Shown one piece after another: positions 40,136 through 50,331 of a stretch of 64,000 nt of DNA. This DNA comes from Nitrosopumilaceae archaeon (GTDB lineage: Archaea; Thermoproteota; Nitrososphaeria; Nitrososphaerales; Nitrosopumilaceae). The stretch's first letter is position 1; every line of letters begins with the position of its first letter. Under the pieces are notes generated by a model, which saw nothing but the letters and a program-made list of their open reading frames with translations, ran no database searches and was not told the DNA's origin. The translations under genes were made by a program, and so were the position numbers. The stretch is taken from positions 288,001 to 352,000 of the forward strand of contig CBDBCR010000003.1 of NCBI GenBank assembly GCA_965203465.1, in the 5' to 3' direction.

Positions 40136-40318
40136 GCACACACTCGTTTGCAGTGGCCCGTCAATCCGGGAAGATTTGATATGGGAGACTAGGTGCTTGC
40201 CGCCCTAAGGCAAAATCCGTCCATGTTGCGCCGAAAACGGCATCGCCCCCCAGGTAGCGCGCGGCACACGCCTGCAAGCTCCGCGCCGTTGCCGGAATCC
40301 GCGCCAGCCGCGCCAGGC

Positions 40319-41107
40319 CTACGGGCCGCCGGCCCGCCTCTCGGCTATCAGCATGCCCGCAGCGTACAGCCCCATCATGGGCCCCGCGATGAGCCACATG
40401 GTGATGCCGGTGCCGTCCGGCGTGATGGCGGCCCCGAACACGACCATGACCACCACGGCTATCCTCAGGTTGCGCCTCCAGAACCGCCCGTCCAGCGCGC
40501 CCGAGGCGGTGGCCGCGTACATGATTATGGGCAGCTGGAACGACAGCCCGAAGGCCAGCACGAACTGGAGCACGAACGCCACAAAGTCGATGACGTTGAG
40601 GAACTGCAGTATCTCGGCGGACTGCCCGTACTGGTACAAAAACACCAGCGTGCTCGGAATGACCGCCAGGTACGCAAAGGCCGCGCCGCCGGCGAACAGG
40701 CCGACGGCCGGCGCCACCACCGACAGGCCCACCCGGATCTCGGCCTCGCGCAGCGCCGGCGCGACGAATCCTGCGAGCTCCCGCACGGCGACGGGCATGC
40801 AGACGAGCAGGCCGGCGAGGGCCGCGATGTACACCTGCGCGAAAAACGCCTCGCCCGGCGCCGTCTGTATCAGGTCGACCGACGGCGGCACCAGCGCGTC
40901 CTTCATGGCGACGGTTATCTGCGCGGCTATGTTGTCGAGCGGGTCCGGGACCGGATAGTACAGCCGCAGCCCCCACACCTCGGCAGGCTCGAGGTGCAAG
41001 GCCAGTATGGCGGCCGTGACGGCCCCGACGCACACGACTATCCTCAGCAGCCTCTTGCGCAGCTCTTCGAGGTGGGCGGCAAACGGCCCCTCCGAATCGA
41101 GCGCCAT
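40319..41107 (-). CDS. tatC: Twin-arginine translocase TatC
   Basis: HLEELRKRL, P.EAF, FGLSFQLP, AITPD. Confidence 0.93.
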   Translation of the reverse strand: MALDSEGPFAAHLEELRKRLLRIVVCVGAVTAAILALHLEPAEVWGLRLYYPVPDPLDNIAAQITVAMKDALVPPSVDLIQTAPGEAFFAQVYIAALAGLLVCMPVAVRELAGFVAPALREAEIRVGLSVVAPAVGLFAGGAAFAYLAVIPSTLVFLYQYGQSAEILQFLNVIDFVAFVLQFVLAFGLSFQLPIIMYAATASGALDGRFWRRNLRIAVVVMVVFGAAITPDGTGITMWLIAGPMMGLYAAGMLIAERRAGGP

Positions 41108-41110
41108 GCC

Positions 41111-41575
41111 CTAGTTCGTCGGGATCGGAAGCAGCTTTGCCGGCGGCAGGCCGGCCGACGCCATCTCTTCCTCGTCAAAGTCAGAAAATTCCAGGGTGAT
41201 CACGGCCTTGGCCCCCAGCAACCCCTCCAGGTCCGAGGCCAGCGAGGCGACGTCGGGGCCCGAATAAATCTCGCGCGAGCCGGCCAGTATCACCCTCTCG
41301 CCCTTTGCCGTCTCGTCGCCGCCGAAGCGCGAGCGCAGGCTCTTGGTGAGATCCGCGCGCGCCCGCTTGGGCACGTTGTTGTGGTAGTAGCTTATGCCCC
41401 TGACCGCCTCGTAGTCGCGCGGGGTGCCGTGGCGGTACATGAACACGCCTGCAAACGAGGCGTCCTCCTCGGGCCCGATCGTCAGTTTTATGTCCCAGTT
41501 TAGGAGCTTTGAGACGTCGTAGGAGAGCTCAGAGACCTCCGACGGCTCCAGCTTCCAGTACCGCGCCCTGGCCAC
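41111..41575 (-). CDS. Conserved hypothetical protein
   Basis: clean ORF with TTTATA upstream; 3 nt from tatC. Confidence 0.75.
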   Translation of the reverse strand: MARARYWKLEPSEVSELSYDVSKLLNWDIKLTIGPEEDASFAGVFMYRHGTPRDYEAVRGISYYHNNVPKRARADLTKSLRSRFGGDETAKGERVILAGSREIYSGPDVASLASDLEGLLGAKAVITLEFSDFDEEEMASAGLPPAKLLPIPTN

Positions 41576-41782
41576 GGACTTGGCCCGTCTAGGCTCGCTA
41601 TAAACCGTGCCGGGGGCGGGCGCCCGGCCTTTCCGCGATCGGCCGGGCGCGTGCCCCCCCCCCCCCCCGGGCGGGCCCGCGCCTTGCAGCCCCTTGTGCT
41701 ATCGGGGACCCCCGGCGGGCGCGAATTTGGCGCACCCGCATAGCAGGGTTTTTTAGGCCCAGTCGCGCACCCTCGCGCAAGG

Positions 41783-41847
41783 CCGTACTCGAATCCCTTG
41801 GGTGGATGTGTTAACATCCGCGAGTCCTTGGGCTCATGTGGGTACGG
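41783..41847 (+). ncRNA. Hairpin motif copy 2
   Basis: CCGTACTC-GAATCCC..GGATGT-GTTA-ACATCC..GGGCTC-ATGT-GGGTACGG; TTTTTTA at 41749. Confidence 0.65.
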
Positions 41848-42069
41848 AATTCTATTTTTGCAGTCCGGCGAGCCGGCCCGTCCCGACGACGCGCCCGGTA
41901 GCCCCACTGCCTTTCGCGCTGTTCGTTCTCCCGCCGGCGATCTTGGGTTGCCGCCATTTTCGGCGCATGTGCGTGCCCGCCTCCGTTCGTTCAGCTTTGG
42001 CCCCCCGTCGCGGCAGTTCTGTAGAGAAATCACACGGTATTTATCCTAGTACCCGGATACGCTGGGCAA

Positions 42070-42136
42070 CCGTAGCCCGAATCCTGTGGGCGGATACGGG
42101 ATGTATCTGCGATCCTCTGGGCTCATGTGGGTACGG
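42070..42136 (+). ncRNA. Hairpin motif copy 3
   Basis: CCGTAGCCC-GAATCC..GCGGATAC-GGGAT-GTATCTGC..GGGCTC-ATGT-GGGTACGG; TATTTAT at 42038. Confidence 0.65.
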
Positions 42137-42279
42137 CCGTCATCGATTCTTGAGTTGGTCGCCTGATCTGAAACGCGCAATCCCCGCCTGCCAGACTGGC
42201 TACGCGGGATCTGCCCCAGACGGATTGCGCGCAAAACCACCCGTTGCGGACCGGCACCCTCAGAGCTGCCCGCCCCGAT

Positions 42280-43482
42280 CTATCCGGGTCTGTGCGCGCG
42301 GGCGCTGCCGTATGAGGCCGGCAGGCACGAGCGCGCCACCGCCTCTATCGACTTTTCGTAGATCCCGTCGTAGTCGGCGTCGTCGCGGTGGTTGGCGGAC
42401 AGGCCCACCGACGCGAAAAAGACGTGCAGCCCGAACCGCTCGGCGATCTCGTCGTGCTGCGCGCGCGGGCGCGCCTTTTGGAATTTTTCCAGAAACTCGC
42501 AGTTGCGGTTGACCAGCACCTCGGACTTGCTGGCCCGGGCCACGTTTGTCGCGCCCCACCCCATCTCGGCCCAGTTCTCCCGCGTCACCCACCTGAACGA
42601 CTGGAGCCGGACGCCGGACCTCTTTTTCCTCTCCTCCGGCTCTACGAATATGGCGTGTATGACGCACGAGAGCGGCCCGTCGCCGGGCCGGGCGAGGGTG
42701 ACGACGACGTCGCCGGCGTCCTCGGACGGCCGCCCCGTACCGCGCACCTTCACCTTGACGCGCCCGCCGAACGGCCCGTGGGGCGAGCCGTCCAGGGCCG
42801 GCGGAAACTTTGCTTCGAGCGAGCCTGCGTCGCGCTCCCGCGTCGTGTAGTCGTCGGGCGCGTCGGTCTCGAGCGTCACGTACGCGGCCGAGCCGTCCGC
42901 GGGGACGGGCCTGTGCGCCGAGACCGCGCCGTTTCTGAACCGCAGGTACGTCGGCACGTAGCTCGTAGGCCGAGTCTTTCTGCCCTTGCCGTCCGGATCG
43001 CCGCCGTCTCCCTCCCACGGCTTGCCGCTCTCTGCAGACGTGCTGCCCGGCGAGAGCATCTCCGAGATCGTCTTGTTCCTGCTGACCGCGTCCCGTATGG
43101 CCCGGTTCATGGACGAATCCTTTACGGATATCCGCTCGTCGAGCTTCCTGTACTCGGACTCTAGCGCCCGGACCTGCTCGTCCTCGCCCACGTCCTCCAG
43201 TATCCTCTCCTCGAGCCTCTTGGAGTCGGCCGACTGGCGCATGCGGTCGCGCGAGGCGAGGAACATCTTGGCCTTGCGCGGAGGCAGGTCGGTCAGGTCT
43301 ACGTGGACCATGGCGTACTCGGCCAGGGAGGAGAGGCCCGACTCGGAGTCGAGCCTCGACTGCCTGAACGAGGCGTGCGTCTGCCCGTTCTGCGTGAGCA
43401 GTATGGCCGCCGACTTTGGCCTCAGCTCCCTCGCGACGTTCTTTTTGTCGGGGTGGAGGCTGGCGTGCCTGAGCACGGCCAC
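42280..43482 (-). CDS. Hypothetical protein, possibly a 5'-truncated larger gene
   Basis: protein-like composition; weak GTG start next to the integrase. Confidence 0.6.
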   Translation of the reverse strand: MAVLRHASLHPDKKNVARELRPKSAAILLTQNGQTHASFRQSRLDSESGLSSLAEYAMVHVDLTDLPPRKAKMFLASRDRMRQSADSKRLEERILEDVGEDEQVRALESEYRKLDERISVKDSSMNRAIRDAVSRNKTISEMLSPGSTSAESGKPWEGDGGDPDGKGRKTRPTSYVPTYLRFRNGAVSAHRPVPADGSAAYVTLETDAPDDYTTRERDAGSLEAKFPPALDGSPHGPFGGRVKVKVRGTGRPSEDAGDVVVTLARPGDGPLSCVIHAIFVEPEERKKRSGVRLQSFRWVTRENWAEMGWGATNVARASKSEVLVNRNCEFLEKFQKARPRAQHDEIAERFGLHVFFASVGLSANHRDDADYDGIYEKSIEAVARSCLPASYGSARAHRPG

Positions 43483-43560
43483 GTCTATCCGGTTGGTGCC
43501 GAAACCGCGCAGCGCAGACCCGCTTTAGTGCCTTATCAGGAACATAATCCAGACGGGACC

Positions 43561-44835
43561 GTGGAGATAGACGTGGACTCCATGGAGGGGACTGCCTACT
43601 CCGATCTGATGGAGTCGCTCGGCAGCGACGCCACAAAGTACGTGTACCGCGGCAACCTGGCGTCCTTCATGGCGGCCGTGCCCGACGGCGTCTTTGTAAA
43701 ATACGCCGGATCCCCTCCAAAGTCGCGCGGCATAGAGGACGTGTGCGAGGCGTTCGTGGGGCTGGCGCGGTCCAACCCCGACGCCGCAAAGGCGGCCGTT
43801 CGCAGCTACGTAAAGGGGCTGAAGGGGCTGGTCGAAAGGGGCAAGATGAGCCCCAACACGGTTCCCAACAAGATAAAGCCCGTAAAGGCGCTGCTGGCCG
43901 CGTCCGAGATAGACGTCTCGTGGAGGGTGATCAACAAGATGATGCCGCCGCCCGTCAAGAGCCGCGACCGCGCCTACACCCGCGAGGAGCTGCAGGCTAT
44001 GCTGGCCGGCTCGTCTAGTTTGACGGACAAGGTCATAGTCTTGCTGTTTTCGTCGGGCGGCTTCCGCATCGGCGCGTGGGACTACTTTTGCTGGGAGGAC
44101 ATGGTGCCGGTGGGCGATCCGCCCGAGGGGGCCGCGCTGCGGGTGTACCGCGGGTACCCCGAAGAATACTGGACGTTCGTGACGCCCGAGGCCCACGGGG
44201 CCATGGGCCTGTACCGCAAAGAGTGGAAGTACAGGTTCGGAGACGAGCCGCGCGGGGGCGATCCGCTGCTCGCGTCCGTGAGGTACGACAGGCCCGTGCG
44301 GATCAACGCGCGCGGCGTGAAGGCGAGGGTGACGAAGATAGTCGCGCGCGCCGGCCTCCGCCCGCCGGGGGAGGGGCGCAGGATGCACGCGGTGAAGCTG
44401 GATCACGGTTTCCGCAAGTACTTCAACACCATGCTGAGGCGCGCCAAGGTGGACTACCTGGACAAGGAGGACATGATGGGCCACAAGGTGGGCCTCGAAT
44501 CCCACTACGAGCGGTACAACGAGGAGGATTTCGAGCGGTTCCCCGAGTACAAAAAGGCCATACCGTTCCTGACGGTCTCGGACGAGGAGCGGCTCAGGGT
44601 CGAGGCGGCGGCAAAGCAGGCCAAGATAGACGAGCTGACGGCCCTGCGCAGAAAAGAGGCCGAAGGCAGGGAAAAGATACGCTCCCTCAAAAAGCAAGCC
44701 GTCGGCGAGCGCGAGCTGCGCGGCAGGGTGTTCGAGATGATCGAGGAGTTCATGAGCAGGACCCCGGGCGGCAGGCCGTGCGCGAGGTGCGGCGCGGCGC
44801 ACGAGGGCGAGTGCTCCGGCGGCGTCCCGGGCTGA
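43561..44835 (+). CDS. Tyrosine recombinase/integrase
   Basis: SSGGFRIG (R), HGFRK (HxxR), MGH, catalytic Y; C-terminal coiled coil. Confidence 0.9.
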   Translation: MEIDVDSMEGTAYSDLMESLGSDATKYVYRGNLASFMAAVPDGVFVKYAGSPPKSRGIEDVCEAFVGLARSNPDAAKAAVRSYVKGLKGLVERGKMSPNTVPNKIKPVKALLAASEIDVSWRVINKMMPPPVKSRDRAYTREELQAMLAGSSSLTDKVIVLLFSSGGFRIGAWDYFCWEDMVPVGDPPEGAALRVYRGYPEEYWTFVTPEAHGAMGLYRKEWKYRFGDEPRGGDPLLASVRYDRPVRINARGVKARVTKIVARAGLRPPGEGRRMHAVKLDHGFRKYFNTMLRRAKVDYLDKEDMMGHKVGLESHYERYNEEDFERFPEYKKAIPFLTVSDEERLRVEAAAKQAKIDELTALRRKEAEGREKIRSLKKQAVGERELRGRVFEMIEEFMSRTPGGRPCARCGAAHEGECSGGVPG

Positions 44836-45071
44836 TGCGGGCGCGCTGAAATCGCGGCCTTTTACGCGCGCCGCGCATGCGCCGCATGGCAGACTGCCCT
44901 TCCTGCACGGAGCCGTTCGCAGACCATTCGAACAGGCGGCTCGTGGCGTGCGCGCGGCGCCTCCTGAAAGAGAACCCGATAGATGCCGCGGATTCGTAGG
45001 CCCGGCATGTCGGACTGGCTGCTTGGCCCGCCGAGAATCGCCGGAGACAATGTTAATATCGCACGTTCGGT

Positions 45072-45575
45072 TTGTCGCGCGCGTTGCTGGCCAGAATCAG
45101 ACTTGCCGTTAATACGCGCAGGCTCAAAAAAGGCCTCGAGCGGCTGGACAACATAGGCGATGCCGTTTGCTGGCGTTTGAAGTTTATACATTACCCCGAC
45201 GGAGCCGAATTCAAAATCGAAGCGTGGGAAGCAGAGTTGATCGTGTTGCAGGCGTACTGTAGGGAATTCGGAATGGGCTTGCCTGAAGTCCAAGTTATGC
45301 TCTATCATTTGCATACTGCGTTATTGGTAAAACCGGAACGCAAAAAGGACATGGTGGATCTGCTGGTAAAGCACGGGTATGCCGTCCGTTGCTTCAAACG
45401 CGCAACACAGATAGACATACGCGATCATGACACCGTCAATTACGAGTTTACGTACACTTCCGAAGGCGATCTGGTAGCTCCGCTCATAATACCTGACTTC
45501 ATATCTGCCGTAAAAGAGGCAGTAGAAGAAATAGAACATTATAGAAACATGCTGAAGATTGTTTCCAATTCGTAG
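45072..45575 (+). CDS. Hypothetical protein (low GC)
   Basis: 167-aa ORF within an AT-richer patch. Confidence 0.6.
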   Translation: MSRALLARIRLAVNTRRLKKGLERLDNIGDAVCWRLKFIHYPDGAEFKIEAWEAELIVLQAYCREFGMGLPEVQVMLYHLHTALLVKPERKKDMVDLLVKHGYAVRCFKRATQIDIRDHDTVNYEFTYTSEGDLVAPLIIPDFISAVKEAVEEIEHYRNMLKIVSNS

Positions 45576-46021
45576 GCAACGGGCATTTGATCCAGAGGCG
45601 CACGGGAGCGCCCCGCATCGCAGGCCGGACTCCGTGCCAATCCGCGGTTCGGATCCACAAACCGGCCCAGGGTTGCATGTCTGTGCGAAGCGGACCGGCA
45701 GGCTGCAACGCGAGCCAGAGGCGCGACCCGGCGTTCTGAAAAACGGGCGTCAATCCCGGCCCCTAGCCCTGCGCCTGTATCGCGGGCTGTCCAGCATGGC
45801 CCGGGCCAGCTCCTCGCGGAACGGCTCTGGCCTGCGCAGCTCGTCCACGGGCCTTCAGATTCTGCGGCATAAAAGACGGTCCGGGGCGCGCCCCGCAGCC
45901 TGGATGCCGGCGTCCCGGGCAAAGGGCACGTCGCAAGCAAGCAGGCCCCTTGAATGCGCCCTGCCCATCTCCGGCCGCCGCGCACGGCCCCCCTTCGGGC
46001 GGCGCCGGACCCCCAGACGGA

Positions 46022-46286
46022 CTGTAGGGGAGCATATACCCCGCAGCCGGGACGCTAGGATCCCGACTGTTGGGCACATCGCCCGCGGATCTAGGGCGCC
46101 TTTTACGCGCCCGGTCGCCCCCGCCGGTCTCGGCCGTGTTGTACGGCCCACTTCAGACGGTCCCAGACACCATCTACCGGCTGTAGGAGGACATGTACCC
46201 CATAGCCGGGACGTTTTTGTCCCCGTTATGTGGTACATCGCCCGCGGATCGGGGGCCCCTTTTAACCGGCCGGCCTCCCCGCCCGG
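46022..46286. repeat. Imperfect ~105-bp direct repeat, 2 copies, upstream of the actin-like gene
   Basis: CTGTAGG..CAT.TACCCC..AGCCGGGACG...ACATCGCCCGCGGATC...CCTTTTA at about 46022 and 46181. Confidence 0.7.
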
Positions 46287-46355
46287 CGCCGCCACCGGCC
46301 GCCCGGGCGGGCGGCATGCCCGGATCCCCTTTTATGCGCCCTGCCCACCGCGCGC

Positions 46356-47186
46356 ATGCTCAAAATGGGCCTGGATCTGGGCACCGGCTTCGTAAAGTGC
46401 GTCTCGGATCGCGGCGCCGTCCGGTTCCCGTCGGTCTGCGTGAGGCGCGTGCACGGGGCGTGGTCCGAAAAGGACGCCGAGGCCGTCGGCGCCGGCGCGG
46501 CCGAGATGGCCGGCGCCTCGGGCTCCTCGGTCGTGCGGCCCATATCGAGGGGCCGGCCCGAGCCGCGGTACGCAAAGCAGGCCGAGGCCCTAGTGCGCGA
46601 GGCGGTGAGGCTGTCGTGCGCCAAGGACGCCAAGAGCCAAGAGCCGGAAAAGATCAGCATGGTGGTGGGCCTGCCCTACCACGCCTTCGCCGACCGAGAG
46701 GCTCTCGTGCGGCTGGTCAAGCGGACCGCCGACGTCGAAAAGTGCCGGGTGGTGGCCCAGGCGTGCGGCACGCTGGTCTGCCTCGGAAAGCCGAGCGGCA
46801 TATCCGTCTCGGTGGGGCAGGGCACCACCGAGATAGTGGTCGTCGAAGAGTACGAGGTCATAGACGGGGACAGCTCCCGGTGGGCCTCGGACTTTGTGAC
46901 CCGCAAGATAGGCAAGCTGGCCCACCTGGACCCGGGGCTGCTGGAGCGCAACAGGGAACTTTGCAAAAAGTACTCGAGGATACTGGCCGAGAACTTGGAA
47001 TCGGAAGTGCTCGACATGGCAGACGGGTGCGGCAAAAAGCACGACATCGCGCTCTCGGGCGGCGGGCTGCTGCTGCCCGGCATGCTCGACGACCTGTCCG
47101 GCCGCCTCAAAAAGAGGTTCGGCGTTCTGGTTCCCGACGACCCCGTAATGAGCAACGCCCAGGGGCTGTACAGGCTGGTCAGGTAA
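46356..47186 (+). CDS. Actin-fold ATPase (ParM/StbA/MreB-like)
   Basis: GLDLGTGFVK, VVGLP, VGQGTTE, LSGGG, DPVMSNAQG. Confidence 0.85.
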   Translation: MLKMGLDLGTGFVKCVSDRGAVRFPSVCVRRVHGAWSEKDAEAVGAGAAEMAGASGSSVVRPISRGRPEPRYAKQAEALVREAVRLSCAKDAKSQEPEKISMVVGLPYHAFADREALVRLVKRTADVEKCRVVAQACGTLVCLGKPSGISVSVGQGTTEIVVVEEYEVIDGDSSRWASDFVTRKIGKLAHLDPGLLERNRELCKKYSRILAENLESEVLDMADGCGKKHDIALSGGGLLLPGMLDDLSGRLKKRFGVLVPDDPVMSNAQGLYRLVR

Positions 47187-47187
47187 G

Positions 47188-50100
47188 ATGGGTTCCAAGC
47201 GCTGGCAGCTGTCCAACAGGAAGAAACCGGCGGGGCAGCTAGGCTCCGCCGACCGGTTCCTGCCCCCCGCGGGCGAGTTTGCCGCCTGCTCGGTCTTGGT
47301 CCCCATACGGATGGATACGAAGGCGGCCATCCTCGCTGCGGGCGGCTTGGCGAGCCAGAGCGCGCGCAGTTTTGAGATCTGGTGGGACGGGCGCGAAAAG
47401 CGCCTCGACATAGTGCTGGCCGCCGAAAAGCGCGACCTGCCTGCCTACCGGCAGGCGTTCCTCAACATGTACCCCAACGCGGCCTTTTCGGACATGGCCG
47501 CCACCGTCCCGTCCTGGTTCCCGCCGGGCCCCGAGTGCAGGTTCTTCGACGTCGGCACCTACCACGGCCACTACGCCTCGGTGCTCGACAAGGGCAGGGC
47601 CCACCAGCTGATGTCGCAGGTGGCCGCCACCGTCCAGCTCTCCGGCAGGGCGTGGATCCAGTTCGTCTTCAAGCTCCACCCGTTCAACGGGTTCCTGCGC
47701 AGGCACGTGACGCGCCTCAACGCCAAGAACCGCGAGATATCGCGCGGCAAGTACCTGTCCAACACGGAAATATTGATGCACCCCGACAAAAAGCCGCACG
47801 ACCACCCGGAGCTGGGCTACGACTACACGAACAACTACGCCGGCCTCCAAAAGCACGCCACGCTCAAGATGCAGGGGGCCCACGTGCTCATGTCCGCGCG
47901 CGGCGCCGTCTGCGGCGGCGACGACCTGGATCTCCACTTTGACGAGATCGAGGCCATGCCCGTGGAGAACATACACTCGGGCCACGAGCACCTCACGAAG
48001 TTCGGGTACAAGCACTCGGACTTTGCCGACGAGAAAAAGGCGCGCGTGAAAATCGGCAAAGAAAGGGGAACGCGGATGGACCTGTTCGCTTCCCGGCTGC
48101 TGCCGGAGCCGGCCAGGTTCATGGACAAGGCCGTCGGAAGATACTTCGACAAGGGGATATTCGGGTACGGGGAGCGCAGGCCCCTGCCCTTTCTGCTGCT
48201 CAACTTGTCAGAGATCCCGCTGCTGGTTCACCTGCCGGCGCCGGCGACCCCCAACATCGAGACGACCCGCGGCGTCTCGATACCGTCCAAGCCGTCCGAA
48301 AAAGAGGGCGCCAACGTGGGCTTTTTCAGGCAGCCGGCCCCCTCCGGCTTCGACTGGTCCGAGGCGTGGGGGGTATCGGCCAGGTCCAAGGACGTGGGCG
48401 CGGCCGTCGTCTCCGAGGCCGACTTTGCCACCCACCTGTACGCCGTGGGGGCGTCGGGCTCGGGCAAGACCTCGCTGATACGGCTGCTGGCCAAGCATTT
48501 GGAGGCGTGGAACGGTTCGGGCTTCCCCAACGCCTTCGTGTACGTGGATCCGAAAGGGGACGACTCCCACAAGTTCGTAAAGCAGTGCTCGCCCGAGGCG
48601 CTGGCCTCGGGCAGGGTCCATTTCCTGGATCCGCAATCGACCCGGTTCTCGATAAACCCGCTGGAACTGCCCGCCTACGCGCCCGAAGAGAGGGAGGAGA
48701 CCGTCTCGCGGTACGTCGGGTACTTTATGAAAACGATAGAGGAATGGTACCAGCAGTCGGCCAGCTACGTGCAGATGGAGAGGATCTTCCGGGCCCTGCT
48801 GTTCTACCTGTACATGAGGCACGACGCCCCGACCTTTCTGGACATACACGACACGATACTCAAGCTCCAGGACCGCAAGGGAGACGCTTTGCCGGAGATA
48901 ATAGAGACGTTCGGCGAGCCGGACCCCGAGATGGAGCGGGCCTTGGAGAGCATCGCCACGCTAAAGGGTGAGGCGTTCACGCCCCTGCTCAACAGGGTGG
49001 AGCAGTTTGCCACCGACTCGGTGCTCAAGAGGATGTTCTCGGTCAGACGCGGCACCGTCGATTTTGCCGACCTGATAAAGCCGGGCTCGTACACGGTGGT
49101 CAGGATATCGCCCTTGAACATGCCCCAGCACGTACAGCCGCTGGCCATGCAGGCTTTCATACTGAAACTGTGGTTCACCATACAGGAGAGGGCCAACCGG
49201 GTGCCCGACGAAAAAGACCGCACGCAGGTCGTTCTGGCGCTGGACGAGTTCCAGATAGTAAAGGATCTGCAGGTTCTGCAGCTGATGCTCGAGCAGGCCC
49301 GCTCGCTGGGCCTCGGGCTGGTATTGTCACACCAGACCACCGAGCAGATAAGCGACAAGCAGCTGGGCATCATATCGGGCAACGCGGGCACCCAGCTGGT
49401 CGGCAAGGTCAACGGCAAGGACGCCTCGCGCATAGCCCAGATCTGGGATCCACAGTTCCAGACCGAGCTCCAGCAGCAGCTGGCAAGCCAGGAATACTTC
49501 CACTGGACCGTGCGCGAAAAGGCGCCGCCCGGAAAGGAGCAGCCGCCCCCCATACAGTTCTGGCTGGGCTCCCCGCCCGAGCAGATGGTGGGCGGGGCAG
49601 CGTACCAGGAGTTCGTCGCCGACCAGCTGGAGAGGTACGGGCGCGGCGTGGTCGGCAGCGCAGAGTCGGCGGCCAGGGAGGCAAAGACGCGGTGGATGGA
49701 GCAGGTGACCGTCAAACTACCCTCCGGCATGGAGTGGAAGATAATGCTGGCCCTCCGCCAGGGGCAGAGCCTACAGCAGGCGCAGATAGTCGATATTCTG
49801 CGCGTGGCCAACAGGACAGAGGTGCTGCCCGTCCTAAAGGATATGGTCGGGCGCGGCCTGCTGGAGCGGCCCGGCGGCGGCCGGACGGCCCCGTACAGGC
49901 TGACCTCCAAGGCGAAAAACACCTACTTTGATCTGGACTTTGTCGGGGTCGGCACGGCCGGCGACGTCGAATCGCTGTGCCGCAAGGCCGCCGAATCGTA
50001 CATGGCCTGGGACATGTTCGTGGCAGTCGCCAGCCAGAAGATATCCAAGGGCAGGGACAGGACGGATCTCGTGGCCTACAACTACGAGACGGGCGTGCCG

Positions 50101-50289
50101 GTCAGCGTGGAGATAGAGTCGGCCAGCGAGGTGTCCAGCCACCGCGAGCACGTCCGGTACAACATGGTAAAGTGGAGGAAGATGGGCTTCGGCACCTGCC
50201 ACGTGTGGTCCACCAGCCCCAAGGTGCGCGAGATCTACGACACCCTGGACGAGCGCGACAAAAAAGTGGTCGAGCTCGTGGTCACTTGA
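47188..50289 (+). CDS. VirD4/TraD-HerA-like ATPase with C-terminal wHTH and possible PD-(D/E)XK domain
   Basis: GASGSGKT, VDPKGD, INPL, LDEFQ, AR..GL..VLSHQ; TDLVA..VEIE. Confidence 0.85.
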   Translation: MGSKRWQLSNRKKPAGQLGSADRFLPPAGEFAACSVLVPIRMDTKAAILAAGGLASQSARSFEIWWDGREKRLDIVLAAEKRDLPAYRQAFLNMYPNAAFSDMAATVPSWFPPGPECRFFDVGTYHGHYASVLDKGRAHQLMSQVAATVQLSGRAWIQFVFKLHPFNGFLRRHVTRLNAKNREISRGKYLSNTEILMHPDKKPHDHPELGYDYTNNYAGLQKHATLKMQGAHVLMSARGAVCGGDDLDLHFDEIEAMPVENIHSGHEHLTKFGYKHSDFADEKKARVKIGKERGTRMDLFASRLLPEPARFMDKAVGRYFDKGIFGYGERRPLPFLLLNLSEIPLLVHLPAPATPNIETTRGVSIPSKPSEKEGANVGFFRQPAPSGFDWSEAWGVSARSKDVGAAVVSEADFATHLYAVGASGSGKTSLIRLLAKHLEAWNGSGFPNAFVYVDPKGDDSHKFVKQCSPEALASGRVHFLDPQSTRFSINPLELPAYAPEEREETVSRYVGYFMKTIEEWYQQSASYVQMERIFRALLFYLYMRHDAPTFLDIHDTILKLQDRKGDALPEIIETFGEPDPEMERALESIATLKGEAFTPLLNRVEQFATDSVLKRMFSVRRGTVDFADLIKPGSYTVVRISPLNMPQHVQPLAMQAFILKLWFTIQERANRVPDEKDRTQVVLALDEFQIVKDLQVLQLMLEQARSLGLGLVLSHQTTEQISDKQLGIISGNAGTQLVGKVNGKDASRIAQIWDPQFQTELQQQLASQEYFHWTVREKAPPGKEQPPPIQFWLGSPPEQMVGGAAYQEFVADQLERYGRGVVGSAESAAREAKTRWMEQVTVKLPSGMEWKIMLALRQGQSLQQAQIVDILRVANRTEVLPVLKDMVGRGLLERPGGGRTAPYRLTSKAKNTYFDLDFVGVGTAGDVESLCRKAAESYMAWDMFVAVASQKISKGRDRTDLVAYNYETGVPVSVEIESASEVSSHREHVRYNMVKWRKMGFGTCHVWSTSPKVREIYDTLDERDKKVVELVVT

Positions 50290-50331
50290 TCGGCCCGTCC
50301 GAGTCTGCCCGACTTTGCCCCCCGGCCGCGC

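Larger units (their letters stand above)
38858..40189 (+). mobile_element. IS110-family element
   Basis: AGAC at both junctions (38854-57 and 40186-89); sub-terminal inverted repeat TATCAAATCTT (38862-72) / AAGATTTGATA (40171-81); exact ends ambiguous within AGAC. Confidence 0.8.

Noticed and set aside
41654-41668. C15 tract upstream of the 41111-41575 gene
   Set aside because: Outside any ORF and upstream of the TATA box, so no supportable effect
41783-42136. Hairpin motif as integron attC sites for the nearby integrase, or as simple terminators
   Set aside because: No RYYYAAC/GTTRRRY ends and no cassette array; no poly-T tail; the wobble bias favours the strand opposite the gene
41600-45000. 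att sites for the integrase
   Set aside because: No tRNA fragment or matching direct repeat found by eye within the window
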